The position numbers and the translations under genes were made by a program. The notes beneath the pieces were generated by a model, which worked only from the letters and a program-made list of their open reading frames with translations, was not told the DNA's origin and did no database searches. This document shows, piece by piece, positions 17,717 to 26,380 of a stretch of 47,182 nt of DNA. This stretch comes from an uncultured Acidimicrobiaceae bacterium (GTDB lineage: Bacteria; Actinomycetota; Acidimicrobiia; Acidimicrobiales; SZUA-35). The stretch spans positions 34,733 to 81,914 of the forward strand of contig CAZSTV010000001.1 in the NCBI GenBank assembly GCA_964609665.1, written 5' to 3'. The stretch's first letter is position 1. The number at the start of each line of letters is the position of its first letter.

Positions 17717-18355
17717 CTAGAGGGCCGTGACCAGGAACTCGACGCGATTGTTGGCGTCGCGCTCTTCCCTGGTCTGTCCCTCGTCGGGGTTGGCGGGAAC
17801 GACCACCAGCTCCGAACGACCGAGCCCTGTCGCCCGGATTCGGCTCTCGTCGATGCCGTGGTTGCTCAGGTGGAGGAAGATCTGTCGAGCGGGACCAACG
17901 GTGAGATGCAGGTCGTTCTCGGCGGTGGTACCCGGGCCGAAACTGGCGAGATGGACTCGTATATCCAATTCCACGGTGGGGTTGGCCAGTAGGAACAGCC
18001 GAACTCGCTCTACCTCGGACAGCTCCGGTTCCCTAAGCGAAGTGAGGAACCGAAGCGGTTGGAGTTCCAGTCGCTCGGTCAGGTCATCACCGATGGCGAG
18101 ATCGTCGATGACGGGCGGCGCTACCGGTGAGCTGGTTGAAGTGGAACTGCTGGCGGATGTCGAAGTGCTGACGGGCGTCGAAGTGCTGATGGACGTTGAG
18201 GTGCTGACTGACGCCGAAGTATCTGTAGAGGCGGTCGGGTCTGGCGAGGTCCCAGCCGTTTGGCTGTCGTCACTCGAAGCGCAGCCGACGAGAATGCTCG
18301 CCGTTGCCGCAACTGCCACCACTAACTGCTGCCACCGGCCCGCCACGACGGCCAT
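17717..18355 (-). CDS. OmpA/MotB-domain lipoprotein with Ser/Thr-rich linker
   Basis: Lipobox ILVGC-AS. Hexapeptide-like linker TSASVSTSTSISTSTPVSTSTSASSSTSTSS. C-terminal ATGLGRSELVV..ERDANNRVEFLV matches the OmpA_C peptidoglycan-binding motif. ATG 18355 avoids overlap with the helicase gene. Confidence 0.7.
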   Translation of the reverse strand: MAVVAGRWQQLVVAVAATASILVGCASSDDSQTAGTSPDPTASTDTSASVSTSTSISTSTPVSTSTSASSSTSTSSPVAPPVIDDLAIGDDLTERLELQPLRFLTSLREPELSEVERVRLFLLANPTVELDIRVHLASFGPGTTAENDLHLTVGPARQIFLHLSNHGIDESRIRATGLGRSELVVVPANPDEGQTREERDANNRVEFLVTAL

Positions 18356-18360
18356 GTTAG

Positions 18361-18393
18361 CTCTGCCGGTCCTCGCTCTGCCGGTCTTAGCTC
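18361..18393. repeat. 15-bp tandem repeat, about 2.2 copies
   Basis: CTCTGCCGGTCCTCG (18361-18375), CTCTGCCGGTCTTAG (18376-18390), CTC. It lies in the 62-bp gap between the helicase stop and the OmpA-like gene start. Confidence 0.85.
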
Positions 18394-18417
18394 GGGGTCT
18401 ACGAGGGCAGTGCAGCG

Positions 18418-20328
18418 CTACCAGTCGACACAGGAGCACTGCACGGTCCGCTCCAGGGCCTGCCACTTGAATTCGCTTGGCGAGGATGTTTCGCCGCAGC
18501 CGAAGCAGCGCACTGCCCAACCGCCACCGGGCACCTCGACCAGGCCAACGGGTTGCTGGCCGGTGGAGAGGCGATGTTTCTGTGGTTTCGCTTTGCCAAT
18601 CTCCGGTAGCTCGGCGACCTCGAGTTCAAGGTACTCCGGCTCCGGAATTGCCTCGTCGGGATACAACTCCCAGACCCAACGGTGAAGCCAGGTGGCCTCA
18701 TCCCACGGGAGGTAGCTCACGTGGGCGTAGAGGGTTTGCATGTCTATCCGTTTGAGCAGACGGTCGACCATCGGCCGGCCGGACTCGCTGGACAGCGCTG
18801 TCCACGCCTGATGGTCACCGCGGAGCAGAGCATCGATGTACTCCTCGTCCACTTTGGGCGCCTCTGTGGTGTCGGTTCCGGCGGCCATCGGACCGATCCG
18901 GTTTGGCACGATGATGGTCTCTGGGCCCGAGTAGTCCAAGAAGTCGACCAGGCGATCACGGTCGTCGTTGTCGAAGACCCGGGCGTTTTCAGATATCCGC
19001 TCGATCTCCTCCAGGAAGCCGTCCCGCTCCTGGTTGGCCATGGGGTCTTCCAGGGTGTCCCTGGCAAAGATGATGACGAACCGAGCGCCGCTGCCCTGTT
19101 CCTTGCGGCGCAGAATGCGGCCCATCCGCTGAATCATCTGCCGCCTCGTACGGCTGGCGCTGACAACGATGCCAAGGTTGGCATTCGGTACGTCGATGCC
19201 CTCATCGAGCACCCGAGGAGCAGCGACAGCGTCCAGGTCCCGGGTTCGGAGGTTGTCCAGAATCTTCTCTCGGGCCTTGCGTCCGGTCTCGCCGGTGATG
19301 ATCTCAATGTTGACGTGCGGATCAAGCCGGTTGACCGCGTGGTTGGCGGCCCGCACCGTTTCGGTGAAGATCAATGCGCCGTCGGCATCCTTGATCGCTT
19401 TTGCGAAGCCGCCGAGCGCCTCGTATTTGGAAGTACTGGCAGCGACAATTTCTCGCCGGTGGCTAAACGAGCGGAGGTAGTCGTTGGCCGCCGTGCCGTT
19501 TGGCCCGGCATCGTTCTCTGCGAGGTGGTTGACCGCAGCCAAGAAGTCGCCGAACGGTTCGAGCGGCATCTGGGGAATCGACCGGAGGATCGATCGTGAC
19601 GCGACCAGCTTCGCCTCGGCGGCGATGTAGTCCTCTCGCTCGTTCTCCGAGAGCGCCACCGACACAAAGGCGACCCTCGGCTGAGCGCACACCCCGTCGC
19701 GAATGGCGTCGTGGAAGTCATACCGGTAGCACACCCCACCGAAGTACGGCACCAGAATCTTCTCGACCGCATCATCGGAGCGTTCCAACGTTGCGGTGAG
19801 GCCCAGTCGTTCGCCGTAGTCCTTGATCAGCGAGCGGCGAAGCTTGCCGCCGCCGTAGCCGTGGCACTCATCAGCCACCAGCAGGCCGCCGGCTTCGGTT
19901 GGGGGAAGCGGCCGGTGCGACGCCGCCGAATGCCTGGTGGCGATCAGAACATCACAGCGTTCCGGGTAGTCCCGGTGGTTGTCGCCGAGACGGCCGATCG
20001 TGCAGTCGGGAATCAGCTCGGTGAGCCGCTCGTGCCACTGGTTGATCAACACCCGTGACGGCACGATGACGAGTACGAACAACCCTCGCCGGTGCGCATC
20101 GACGATGGCAGCGATGGCGAGGTTGGTCTTGCCCGAGCCTGTTACCGCCTCAATGACTCCACGGCGTCCGCACCTGAGCCACGTCGCGAGAGCGTCAACC
20201 TGCCATTCATACAGTGCACCGGCCTGATGGATGCCGGGGGTGCCGACGTGGGTTTCGGTCAACTGGGTTCCTGTGATGGCGAGGGGCGGGGCGTGCGCAA
20301 CGCAGCACACCGACGTGGTCTGCGACAT
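18418..20328 (-). CDS. Superfamily-2 helicase (type III restriction Res-subunit / XPB-like core) with about 200-aa C-terminal extension ending in a Cys4 cluster
   Basis: Motif I AVTGSGKT, motif II VADECH, motif III LTATLER, motif VI QRMGRILRR. The C-terminal region has no motif I recognise and ends in RCFGCGETSSPSEFKWQALERTVQCSCVDW. Confidence 0.8.
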   Translation of the reverse strand: MSQTTSVCCVAHAPPLAITGTQLTETHVGTPGIHQAGALYEWQVDALATWLRCGRRGVIEAVTGSGKTNLAIAAIVDAHRRGLFVLVIVPSRVLINQWHERLTELIPDCTIGRLGDNHRDYPERCDVLIATRHSAASHRPLPPTEAGGLLVADECHGYGGGKLRRSLIKDYGERLGLTATLERSDDAVEKILVPYFGGVCYRYDFHDAIRDGVCAQPRVAFVSVALSENEREDYIAAEAKLVASRSILRSIPQMPLEPFGDFLAAVNHLAENDAGPNGTAANDYLRSFSHRREIVAASTSKYEALGGFAKAIKDADGALIFTETVRAANHAVNRLDPHVNIEIITGETGRKAREKILDNLRTRDLDAVAAPRVLDEGIDVPNANLGIVVSASRTRRQMIQRMGRILRRKEQGSGARFVIIFARDTLEDPMANQERDGFLEEIERISENARVFDNDDRDRLVDFLDYSGPETIIVPNRIGPMAAGTDTTEAPKVDEEYIDALLRGDHQAWTALSSESGRPMVDRLLKRIDMQTLYAHVSYLPWDEATWLHRWVWELYPDEAIPEPEYLELEVAELPEIGKAKPQKHRLSTGQQPVGLVEVPGGGWAVRCFGCGETSSPSEFKWQALERTVQCSCVDW

Positions 20329-20430
20329 TCCAGCTTAGGTGGGACAAGCCCTAGCCCCGCTACCGGGCGACCAGAGATGTAAGACCGACATGCAATTGTC
20401 TGGAGGCGACGCGGCGGGTCCCAGATTCGC

Positions 20431-21639
20431 TTAGGAATTGGTGGCCACCGCAACATAAATCCACGGGTATGTCACCGCAGCCACAGGCACTCGCGTCTCG
20501 TCTGCGACGTTGAATTCGATCACCTGAAATTCCTGTCCATCGTAGCCCACGGTCACCAGCGTCTCGTCCGATGTCCAGGCAAACTCGCGGTCCACGACGT
20601 CGCCAAGAGTTGCCCGGAGCTCTCCGGATGCTCGGTCGACAATGGCAATCTGGCCGAGTGATGTCAGAGCGTGTCGCTGGGCGAAGGCGATGAGCGAACC
20701 GTCGGGTGAGAGCGCACCACGTTGCGCGTCCGGCTGGCTCTGCATTGCCACCTCGGTGGTCTCACCGGTCAGCAACCGGTAGCTGATGACGGTGTCCTCA
20801 CCAGCCAGGATGACCAACTCGTCGGTGCCGCCGAGGAGCTCGAACCCCGGCGGAGCGGGAATCGATGTGAGGCCGCCGATCGGCGACCAATGGGCGAGCC
20901 GCCCGAGACCGGACTCGATCGGTGGCGCGACGACAAGGCCGTCTCCGGCGGCGGTCAACGCCCGACCGCTCCCGGCGAAGTCAAACGTCTGGCCGGCAGT
21001 GTCCTCGGTTAGCCGGAACCGGCGGACCATCCGCTCCCCCGCTTCGACCACCCAGAACTCGTCGGCACCGAGACCATCGAGAACGCTGAGACCACGGCCC
21101 ATGACCATCGACTCGCCGGTGCCGATGTCGATGGCGACAATCTCACCCCTGCTCGGGTAGATGACCGTGGAGTCGGCGACCAGGAACGGGCGTGTCGTCG
21201 CCCCTGGCCAGGCCGGCCACTGATTGGCGCCGAGGACGACCGGGTTGTTTGCCGAGGTGGAGCGACCCTCCAGATCTACCAGTCGTACCGAGTGCTCACC
21301 GCTTGTCAGCTGGCTCAGTTCGACCAGCGAGAACGGCGCCGCCAACGCCTCCGGGTCGGTCAGGAGCCGGACGGTCGCAGCGTTGGTGCCCTGTCCCCTG
21401 TCGGCCCCTCCCAGTTCTGCTTCGCCCGGCCCCGGCTGCGTGACCAACGAGGTCTGGGTGGTCCGAGGGGTTGGTGGGTCCGGATCGATGGTGGTTGCCG
21501 GAGGCGCCGCATCCTGGTCGGACGCGATGCCTGGCATGGCAACAATGACCGCTAGCGCAACGACGATGACGGCAGCGATCGCGGCTAGCCATTTCGGGTT
21601 GGTAGTGCTCGGCGGGGCATGGTGTACCGGAGTGGCCAT
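20431..21639 (-). CDS. Membrane-anchored hypothetical protein with probable beta-propeller (TolB/PD40-like) ectodomain
   Basis: TM anchor WLAAIAAVIVVALAVIVAM, a Pro/Thr linker, and repeated strand-rich segments including LSPDGSLIAFAQ (PD40-like). An alternative GTG start at 21747 would add an Arg/Asp/His-rich tail. Confidence 0.55.
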   Translation of the reverse strand: MATPVHHAPPSTTNPKWLAAIAAVIVVALAVIVAMPGIASDQDAAPPATTIDPDPPTPRTTQTSLVTQPGPGEAELGGADRGQGTNAATVRLLTDPEALAAPFSLVELSQLTSGEHSVRLVDLEGRSTSANNPVVLGANQWPAWPGATTRPFLVADSTVIYPSRGEIVAIDIGTGESMVMGRGLSVLDGLGADEFWVVEAGERMVRRFRLTEDTAGQTFDFAGSGRALTAAGDGLVVAPPIESGLGRLAHWSPIGGLTSIPAPPGFELLGGTDELVILAGEDTVISYRLLTGETTEVAMQSQPDAQRGALSPDGSLIAFAQRHALTSLGQIAIVDRASGELRATLGDVVDREFAWTSDETLVTVGYDGQEFQVIEFNVADETRVPVAAVTYPWIYVAVATNS

Positions 21640-21657
21640 CTCCACGACGTACTCACC

Positions 21658-21717
21658 GTGGTGGTCGTTTCGGCGGTGATCGATTCGGTGGTGGTCGTCT
21701 CGGCGGCGGTCGTCTGG
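21658..21717. repeat. Imperfect 30-bp tandem duplication (24/30 identical)
   Basis: GTGGTGGTCGTTTCGGCGGTGATCGATTCG (21658-21687) versus GTGGTGGTCGTCTCGGCGGCGGTCGTCTGG (21688-21717). Confidence 0.8.
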
Positions 21718-21739
21718 GCGGCGACGGCGTCGGCGGTGG

Positions 21740-22147
21740 TCAGCCACCCCTGGATCGCCTGAGGTCCCGCCAGGTCTGGACAACCTCGTCCGGGTCGAGG
21801 GCGGCATGTTGTTGGAAGGTGGTCCTGCTGTTGTACGCAACGATCTGTTCGTTGAGATCCCGAACGGCATCACGCAGCAGTTCTTCGGAGCCAAGTCGCC
21901 ACAGCGTCGGCTTGGCCCGCTTGATCTGTCGGTCCAGTTCCTCGTACCGCATTTTGTTGCGTTCCTCGGTCACCACCCGGGATGCCCACCAGCCCGGTGG
22001 TCGTTCCCGGCCAAGGTCGGCAATGGGCTTGCCCGCTCCCGGCAGGTTGTCGAAGAGGCCCGCTCGGCGAGCCTCCTGTATGCGACGGTCTGCGATCGAC
22101 TCGAACAGCCCCACGACGTCAGAATACTGGACGTCTGGAATTCCCAC
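21740..22147 (-). CDS. DUF1992 (DnaJC28-like) family protein
   Basis: IADRRIQEARRAGLFDNLPGAGKPI is the hallmark DUF1992 motif. GTG 22147 is chosen so the gene does not overlap the divergent CoxL-like start; the ORF-track start at 22285 is less likely. Confidence 0.65.
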   Translation of the reverse strand: MGIPDVQYSDVVGLFESIADRRIQEARRAGLFDNLPGAGKPIADLGRERPPGWWASRVVTEERNKMRYEELDRQIKRAKPTLWRLGSEELLRDAVRDLNEQIVAYNSRTTFQQHAALDPDEVVQTWRDLRRSRGG

Positions 22148-22200
22148 CGAACCGCGCAGAATCGGTCGCGCCACACCGGTCGGCGCAATACAGTTCTGAC

Positions 22201-24453
22201 ATGACCGAGCCCACAGGAAAAATCGCCACGGGACAGCCGATCCTCCGGGCCGAGGATCAGGCGTTACTGCAGGGAACCGCCGCATTTACCGCGGACATCA
22301 GCGACCCGCTCCTTGAAGGATCCCTGTACGCAGCGTTCGTCCGGTCTCCGGTCGCAGCCGGGACCGTTGACCACATCGATGCCTCCGACGCCAAGGACAT
22401 GCCCGGTGTGGTCGCCACATTGACCGGTGCCGACTTCCCCGACCTTGCGCCCTATGCACTTCCCCTTGGTGACCACTACGCCCAGCCGCTGCTCCCCCAG
22501 ACCGCCATCGGGTTTGCCGGTCAGGCCCTGGCGGTTGTCGTTGCCGAGACGGCAGCCCAGGCCGCGGATGCCACGGAGGCGGTGCAGGTTGATGTGTCAG
22601 CGGTCGAACCCATGCTTGACCTCGTCGAGGCGGCGGCCTCTCGACCGGTCGGCGAAGTCACCGTTTCTTGCGAACATGACCAGACTCGTTTCGATGCCGA
22701 GGTGGTGATCACACTCACCCAGATGAGCCCCCGTCAACTCCCCACCCCGATCGAGGGTCGCTCGGTCGCCGCGGTGGAAGCGGATGGTCGGCTACTGCTT
22801 TGGTCAGCCACCCAGACGCCACACGCCTTCCGCCAGAACCTGGCCAAACTGTTCGAGTTGGAGACCTCCGACATCCGCGTGATCGCACCCGCTGTCGGCG
22901 GTGGTTTCGGCGGAAAGGTGTCCCGAACGGCCGAGGAGTACCTTGTCCCGGTCCTTGCACGCATGCTGGGGAGGCCGGTTCGCTGGAACGAGACCAGGTC
23001 GGAGTACTTCGCTACCGCCACCCAGGGCCGCGGTGAGCTGTTCACCATCACCCTTGCCGGGGACCGAGACGGCAACATCGCCGCGTTGCGGGGCGACATG
23101 ATCAAGGATGCAGGGGCCTACCCCCTCGTCGGGGTCATGCTCCCGGGGGGCTACACGGCCAAGGTGGCGAACGGCTGCTACGACATTGGCCATGTGGAGT
23201 TCGGCTCGGTCGCCGCCATGACGAACCGGCCGCCGACGTCGGCCTATCGAGGGGCGGGCCGAAGCCCCTACATCGGCGCGTTGGAGCGTACGATCGACCG
23301 GTTCGCTCACGAGGTGGGAATGGACCCCGCCGAGATCAGACGCCGGAACCTGATTCGACCGGAACAGATGCCATACGAGACGCCAACGGGCGCCCGCTAC
23401 GACGAGGCGGACTATCCGGGCGACCTCTCGCGGGTTCTCGACGCCGTGGGCTACAGCGAGTTGCGGGAAGCGCAAGCGCAGCGCCGCTCCGGTGGCGCTG
23501 CGGTGCAAATGGGAATCGGCATCTCCTGCTACAACCACATGACCACCGGCGGCGGTGGCGAGGAGGCCGCGGTCACCGTGCACGACGACGGGTCGGCCGT
23601 GGTGGTCACCGGCACGACCTCACAGGGTCATGGTCATCAGACAACCTGGGCCCAGATCGCCGCCGACGTGCTGCACATCGACACGGCAAGAATCACGGTG
23701 GTTGAGGGCGACACCGACGCCATCGCCACTGGAGTCGGAGCGGTCGGGTCTCGTTCGCTACAGACCGCCGGCATGGCCATTCACCGGGCATCGACCGAGC
23801 TGATGGACCAGGCTCGAGCGTTGGCGGCTGAGCAACTGGAGGCGTCGGTTGGCGACATCGTCAGCGCAGCGGACGGCTCCGGGTTTCATGTCGTCGGGAC
23901 ACCGGCCCGCGCCGTCACGTGGGCTGACGTGATCGATCAGGGGCCCGCCGACGAGATGACCTGCGGAGATTTCTATGACACCGAAGGTCGAAACACGTTC
24001 CCTTCCGGCGCCCACGTTGCCGTGGTGGAGGTCGACACCGAGACCGGCATGACCCGGCTCGTTCGTTTCGTCGGCGTTGACGACGCCGGCACGCTGGTCA
24101 ACCCGATGATCGTCGAAGGCCAGCTCCACGGCGGCATTGCCTCGGCGATTGGCCAGGTCCTTGGCGAGGTCGTCATCCACGATGATGCAGGCAACCAGGT
24201 CAGCGGGTCGCTTATGGACTATCCGATCCCCACTGCAGACCAGTTGCCAAGCTTTGAACTGATCGCATCGCAGACCCCGAGCAGCTTCAACGCGCTGGGT
24301 TTCAAAGGGGTTGGCGAGTCCGGCACAGTGGGCGCCACGGCCGCGGTGCACAATGCCGTCGTCGACGCGGTGAGTCACCTTGGCGTGTTGCACCTCGACC
24401 TGCCCTGCACTCCCGAGCGAGTCTGGGAGGCGATCAGGTCCGCGGCCTCGTGA
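22201..24453 (+). CDS. Molybdopterin-binding large subunit of the xanthine dehydrogenase / aerobic CO dehydrogenase family (CoxL form II-like)
   Basis: N-terminal a/b-hammerhead ILRAEDQALLQGTAAFTADI, active-site loop PPTSAYRGAGRSPY (the AYRGAGR type found in form II CoxL-like proteins), and C-terminal GVGESGTVGATAAV. ATG 22201. Confidence 0.85.
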   Translation: MTEPTGKIATGQPILRAEDQALLQGTAAFTADISDPLLEGSLYAAFVRSPVAAGTVDHIDASDAKDMPGVVATLTGADFPDLAPYALPLGDHYAQPLLPQTAIGFAGQALAVVVAETAAQAADATEAVQVDVSAVEPMLDLVEAAASRPVGEVTVSCEHDQTRFDAEVVITLTQMSPRQLPTPIEGRSVAAVEADGRLLLWSATQTPHAFRQNLAKLFELETSDIRVIAPAVGGGFGGKVSRTAEEYLVPVLARMLGRPVRWNETRSEYFATATQGRGELFTITLAGDRDGNIAALRGDMIKDAGAYPLVGVMLPGGYTAKVANGCYDIGHVEFGSVAAMTNRPPTSAYRGAGRSPYIGALERTIDRFAHEVGMDPAEIRRRNLIRPEQMPYETPTGARYDEADYPGDLSRVLDAVGYSELREAQAQRRSGGAAVQMGIGISCYNHMTTGGGGEEAAVTVHDDGSAVVVTGTTSQGHGHQTTWAQIAADVLHIDTARITVVEGDTDAIATGVGAVGSRSLQTAGMAIHRASTELMDQARALAAEQLEASVGDIVSAADGSGFHVVGTPARAVTWADVIDQGPADEMTCGDFYDTEGRNTFPSGAHVAVVEVDTETGMTRLVRFVGVDDAGTLVNPMIVEGQLHGGIASAIGQVLGEVVIHDDAGNQVSGSLMDYPIPTADQLPSFELIASQTPSSFNALGFKGVGESGTVGATAAVHNAVVDAVSHLGVLHLDLPCTPERVWEAIRSAAS

Positions 24454-24456
24454 CCG

Positions 24457-25104
24457 TCAGATGCCGGCTCTGACCTCTCGGTAGCGTTCCTGCAGCTCAC
24501 GGTTCTTGTTGATCGGGTCGTGCGCTCCGTCGGGCACCGCTCCTCCCTTGATCCCGCACGAGTTGAGGAACAAAAACATGTCGGCCAGATGAAGCAGCCG
24601 CTTGTCATCTTCAGACTGTGGGTCTCGGCTGTCGCGGAGCTCAAACGCTCGCTCCATCACTGGCACCTCGTCCGGCAGGCCTGAGTCAATCAGCGACTGA
24701 GCCAGCGCCTGCTTCGCCGCTTCCTGGCGTCGCTCTTCGTCCGGGGCCGCATCGTCGCCGTCTCCGGTGTTGATCAGCTTGATCATGTCGTGCTCGGAGA
24801 TGCTGTATAGCCGGTCCTGCTGCTCGAAATAGTGCAGCTGGAACGCATAGGCGTGACCGTACGCGCAGTATTCACAGCCGTTGACAACCGAGAGCGCCGT
24901 TGCGATGAAGTGGGTCCGCAACGGACCCCATTCGGACAAGATTTTCTCGTATGCCGGCATGTTCTTGGCGAACCAGGACACGGACCGGACCGGACCGTGC
25001 TGGTCGACGATGTCTTCCATCAGGTTGGCCCGGAGGTCCCAGAGTTTGGAGCTGACGCCGGTCAGCATTCTGGTCGCAACTCTGTCGGGTATCGACGATC
25101 CCAT
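24457..25104 (-). CDS. AhpD/carboxymuconolactone-decarboxylase-like protein with CxxC
   Basis: ALSVVNGCEYCAYGHAYAF is the AhpD-core CxxC..H motif. The start is ATG 25104 or ATG 25143. Confidence 0.6.
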   Translation of the reverse strand: MGSSIPDRVATRMLTGVSSKLWDLRANLMEDIVDQHGPVRSVSWFAKNMPAYEKILSEWGPLRTHFIATALSVVNGCEYCAYGHAYAFQLHYFEQQDRLYSISEHDMIKLINTGDGDDAAPDEERRQEAAKQALAQSLIDSGLPDEVPVMERAFELRDSRDPQSEDDKRLLHLADMFLFLNSCGIKGGAVPDGAHDPINKNRELQERYREVRAGI

Positions 25105-25246
25105 GTTGTATTTCCGCCTCGGTTGGTGGCCCGCGATAACCATTCTAGTTGTACAAAGCTGAACGGCGAATCGCCGTGCTCGGGGGGAGGCCTTGTGGGC
25201 TAGTGTGATCGCCTGCGAATGGCGACCCGCCCGAAGGGAAGTTCTC

Positions 25247-26296
25247 ATGCTGCGTTGGGCAATCCTTGGCACCGGGTTTATCTCCGGCACCGTTGTCGAA
25301 GCCATCTCCGCCAGTGACGGATCGCGAGTCGAGGTTGTCTCCGGACGCAACCCCGACCGGCGTGCCGCCTTTCAACGCCAACACGGGATCGCCCGGGGTG
25401 TTGCCAGCTACGACGAGGCGGTGGCAGACCCGAACGTCGACGCTGTCTACATCGGCCTGCCGAACCACATGCACCACGAGCCGGCGATCGCCGCAGCGGC
25501 GGCCGGCAAGGCGGTCCTCTCCGAAAAGTCACTGACGACGACCATGGCCTCCGCCGATGCGCTGATCGACGGCGTGCGAGCAAACGGCACCTTCTTTGTT
25601 GAGGGCCTGATGTACCTGGCCCATCCGATGTATCAGCGAGTCGTCGAACTGTTGCTCGACGGTCGGCTCGGGCAGGTTCGCTCCATCAGCGGTCGGTACG
25701 CGGCGAACATTTGCCAGGTCGTGAACCCGCAGGGCATGGGCACGATCTACAACCTCGGCTGTTACCCGGTTTCGCTCCTGCACCTGGTCATGACCACAGT
25801 CTATGGGCGGGAGCAGTTCGACGACCGGTCAATGACGGCCGTGGGCAATCTGGCCGAGCCGGTGGAGCAGACCGATGGTCACGGCGCCGGGACCATCGGA
25901 GACGCGGCCATGGCGGTCAAGTTCGGCAACGGTGTGCTCGCAACAATCCAGTCCACAGACAACTTCGGAAACGACAGCGACTTCGCCATTGTTGGTGACC
26001 GAGGAACGCTGCGCTTCGACACCAACCCATGGCTCCCCGAAGCTGGTGAGAACGTGCTCACCTGGACGCCATTCGTCGACGATGGATCCAGCCCCGCAAC
26101 GGAGCGCATCGTGATCAACGACGAGCATGATGCCTTCTACCATCAGATCAAGCTGGTTGAGCGATGCGTGGCTGACGGGTTGCTCGAAGCGCCACGACCA
26201 TCGCCGAACCTCGATGACTCTCGACAGATCATGGCAATGCTGACCGAGTGGGAGGAGCGCTGCTGGGCCGACGACAGTCAGTTCGGAGAGATTTGA
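25247..26296 (+). CDS. Gfo/Idh/MocA-family NAD(P)-dependent oxidoreductase
   Basis: MLRWAILGTGFISG Rossmann start, VYIGLPNHMHHEPAIAAAAAGKAVLSEKSL (EKP-like motif), and a C-terminal alpha/beta domain. Confidence 0.85.
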   Translation: MLRWAILGTGFISGTVVEAISASDGSRVEVVSGRNPDRRAAFQRQHGIARGVASYDEAVADPNVDAVYIGLPNHMHHEPAIAAAAAGKAVLSEKSLTTTMASADALIDGVRANGTFFVEGLMYLAHPMYQRVVELLLDGRLGQVRSISGRYAANICQVVNPQGMGTIYNLGCYPVSLLHLVMTTVYGREQFDDRSMTAVGNLAEPVEQTDGHGAGTIGDAAMAVKFGNGVLATIQSTDNFGNDSDFAIVGDRGTLRFDTNPWLPEAGENVLTWTPFVDDGSSPATERIVINDEHDAFYHQIKLVERCVADGLLEAPRPSPNLDDSRQIMAMLTEWEERCWADDSQFGEI

Positions 26297-26380
26297 CCGG
26301 AGCCCTCGACGGGCGAGCGAAGGAACGCGGCCAAACCTAGTGGTCGGGAAGAGAACCGCTGCCGGCACGGTTACTCGATA

